A stretch of DNA of 9,619 bases from a virus (taxonomy: Duplodnaviria > Heunggongvirae > Uroviricota > Caudoviricetes), in the IMG/VR virus record IMGVR_UViG_2617270957_000009, positions 1-9,619 of that record; one strand, 5' to 3'. The notes beneath the pieces are model-generated. The model had not been told where the DNA came from. It searched no databases and saw nothing but the letters and a program-made list of their open reading frames with translations. A program made the position numbers and the translations under genes. Each line of letters starts with the position of its first letter. Within the stretch, counting starts at the first letter, position 1. This document shows, piece after piece, positions 8,243 through 9,619 of the stretch.

Positions 8243-9283
8243 ATGGTTACAAAAACAGTAATTCCTGAAGACATCAAAACGCTAAAATCCGACGTTAGAA
8301 AATTAAAAAACGATCAAGGAAGCTACGCAACAAAATCATATGTAGACAGCAAAGATGAAACCGTTGGTGACTGGTCTGCTTCATGGTATCAGCAGGTATT
8401 GCCAACTAGCGGAGCTATATTTGGGAGAAAACTCCGCTCAACTCACCGGACGGCAGGTGTTGAGGATGCGTATTGCGAACTATACCTCAAAAAATGGATA
8501 GACAGTCCAGGTAACGCAATGGCGCGCCTTAACCTGAACGATAACGGGACAAACATTTGCTGGGACTTTACCAACCTTTATGGCGGTACGATGATTTTTC
8601 CCGGTGGCAGCGGATACCTCAAAATGGGTAACTGCCTTATGTCATACAGCAAGCGTGGAAGTAACGCGCTTATTAAATTTGATTACACCGACACATTACA
8701 GATCAAATATGCTAATCATGGGTCAACCATGACATTAAACACACAGGGAACCGCTTATGCTGGTGTTACCGCTAAATTGTGGGGCAACTCCAGCCGTCCT
8801 GTTGTTTATGAAGTCGGTGTTGATGGTGGCGCTTATATGTTCTACGGTCAGAAACAAACCGATAATACCTATGCGTTCGCTGTTAATGGTGCATGTCATG
8901 CCACCGCCTTTAACCAGGCTTCCGACCGAGATCTGAAAGATAATCTTCAGGTGATTGATAATGCAACAGATCGCATCCGCAAGATGAACGGCTATACCTA
9001 TACCCTTAAGGAAAACGGTATGCCCTATGCAGGTGTCATTGCACAGGAAGCTCTGGAAGCAATCCCGGAAGTTGTAGGCTCCGCAATGAAATATCAGGAC
9101 GGTGGAAACGGCTCGGAAGGGGAAGAAGGTGAGCGTTACTACACTGTAGATTATTCTGGTATTACTGGCTTGCTTGTTCAGGTAGCCAGAGAGTCAGACG
9201 ACAGAATAACAGCACTGGAAGAAGAAAACGCAGAATTAAGACAAAGATTATCTGCAATTGAGGCGGCGCTTGCGTCTAAATAA
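8243..9283 (+). CDS. Tail fibre / tailspike-like protein with C-terminal peptidase S74 intramolecular chaperone (auto-processing) domain
   Basis: GGAG lies 7 nt upstream of the ATG. The C-terminal roughly 120 aa fit the S74 chaperone-domain pattern: SDRDLKDN...(K)MNGYTYTLKENG.PYAGVIAQEALEAIPEVV...ERYYTVDYSGITGLLVQVARE, followed by a coiled-coil-like tail (ITALEEENAELRQRLSAIEAALASK). The N-terminal 226 aa are Gly/Thr/Tyr-rich and beta-rich in character. Confidence 0.82.
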   Translation: MVTKTVIPEDIKTLKSDVRKLKNDQGSYATKSYVDSKDETVGDWSASWYQQVLPTSGAIFGRKLRSTHRTAGVEDAYCELYLKKWIDSPGNAMARLNLNDNGTNICWDFTNLYGGTMIFPGGSGYLKMGNCLMSYSKRGSNALIKFDYTDTLQIKYANHGSTMTLNTQGTAYAGVTAKLWGNSSRPVVYEVGVDGGAYMFYGQKQTDNTYAFAVNGACHATAFNQASDRDLKDNLQVIDNATDRIRKMNGYTYTLKENGMPYAGVIAQEALEAIPEVVGSAMKYQDGGNGSEGEEGERYYTVDYSGITGLLVQVARESDDRITALEEENAELRQRLSAIEAALASK

Positions 9284-9289
9284 TATTAA

Positions 9290-9312
9290 GGGGCCGAGCG
9301 CCCCGTTTTATT
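9290..9312 (+). terminator. Rho-independent terminator after the S74 fibre gene
   Basis: Stem GGGGC (9290-9294) / GCCCC (9300-9304) with a 5-nt loop, followed by GTTTTATT, immediately after the TAA stop at 9281-9283. Confidence 0.65.
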
Positions 9313-9325
9313 GGGTAGGATGAAA

Positions 9326-9619
9326 ATGGATATAACACCTTTCCTTCATGCACTTTGTGCTGTGGCTGCACAGCTACTGATTGGTCTTTTTACCGGGAAC
9401 TGGGCTTACGGAGCGATAGTCGGTTGTACGTTCTTCATTGCGCGTGAACACACCCAGGCAGAATATCGCTGGATTGAAATGTTCGGGCATGGCAAGCGAA
9501 TGAATATGCCGTGGTGGGGCGGTTTTGATCCTCGTGCTTGGGATGTGGCAAGCCTGATGGATTTTGCTGTGCCGGTGGTGGCGTGTCTGCTGGTCTGGCT
9601 GTTGGTTAATCGTGGGTGA
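9326..9619 (+). CDS. Small predicted inner-membrane protein (about 97 aa, three hydrophobic segments), function unknown
   Basis: The ORF runs to TGA at 9617-9619. AGGA at 9317-9320 is well spaced for ATG 9326; in-frame alternatives are ATG 9320 and TTG 9311. Hydrophobic helices: FLHALCAVAAQLLIGLFTG, AYGAIVGCTFFIA and LMDFAVPVVACLLVWLLV, with a Trp/Gly-rich loop (PWWGGFDPRAWD). I do not recognise the family. Confidence 0.6.
   Translation: MDITPFLHALCAVAAQLLIGLFTGNWAYGAIVGCTFFIAREHTQAEYRWIEMFGHGKRMNMPWWGGFDPRAWDVASLMDFAVPVVACLLVWLLVNRG

Noticed and set aside
6650-9283. Invertible host-range segment (Mu G / e14 Pin type) or diversity-generating retroelement targeting the fibre tip
   Set aside because: No invertase or reverse transcriptase gene is in the window, all genes are co-oriented, and I could not see inverted crossover sites or a template repeat by eye. 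This cannot be fully excluded without the flanking sequence.
9311-9325. Upstream TTG (9311) or ATG (9320) as start of the membrane protein, as in the ORF track
   Set aside because: The AGGA Shine-Dalgarno at 9317-9320 overlaps or abuts those codons, whereas ATG 9326 has the appropriate spacing. The start remains uncertain by 2-5 codons.

Overview
The window reads as the tail-tip and host-range module of a lambda-like siphovirus (phage or prophage, probably from an Enterobacteriaceae host), with every supported gene on the + strand. In order: the 3' end of tail tip protein L (1..687, 5'-truncated), K (693..1436, JAMM/MPN plus NlpC/P60 motifs), I (1334..2005, overlapping K by 103 nt), the central tail fibre/host-specificity protein J (2066..5548, 1160 aa), an intrinsic terminator, then a side tail fibre Stf (5607..7961) with a lambda-like N-terminus, an Ala/Ser-rich tandem-repeat shaft and a LamG/concanavalin-like C-terminus. 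Stf is followed not by a tfa chaperone gene but by a translationally coupled 89-aa ORF (7961..8230) and a 346-aa fibre-like protein (8243..9283) whose C-terminus is a peptidase S74 intramolecular chaperone domain. A second terminator and a small 3-TM membrane protein gene (9326..9619) close the window. The most interesting part is this atypical fibre module: from about 6650 to 9283 the sequence is visibly more A+T-rich, suggesting a horizontally exchanged receptor-binding cassette. No rRNA, tRNA, CRISPR, integrase or transposase was seen. All homology statements are from memory of the protein families and motifs, not from database searches.
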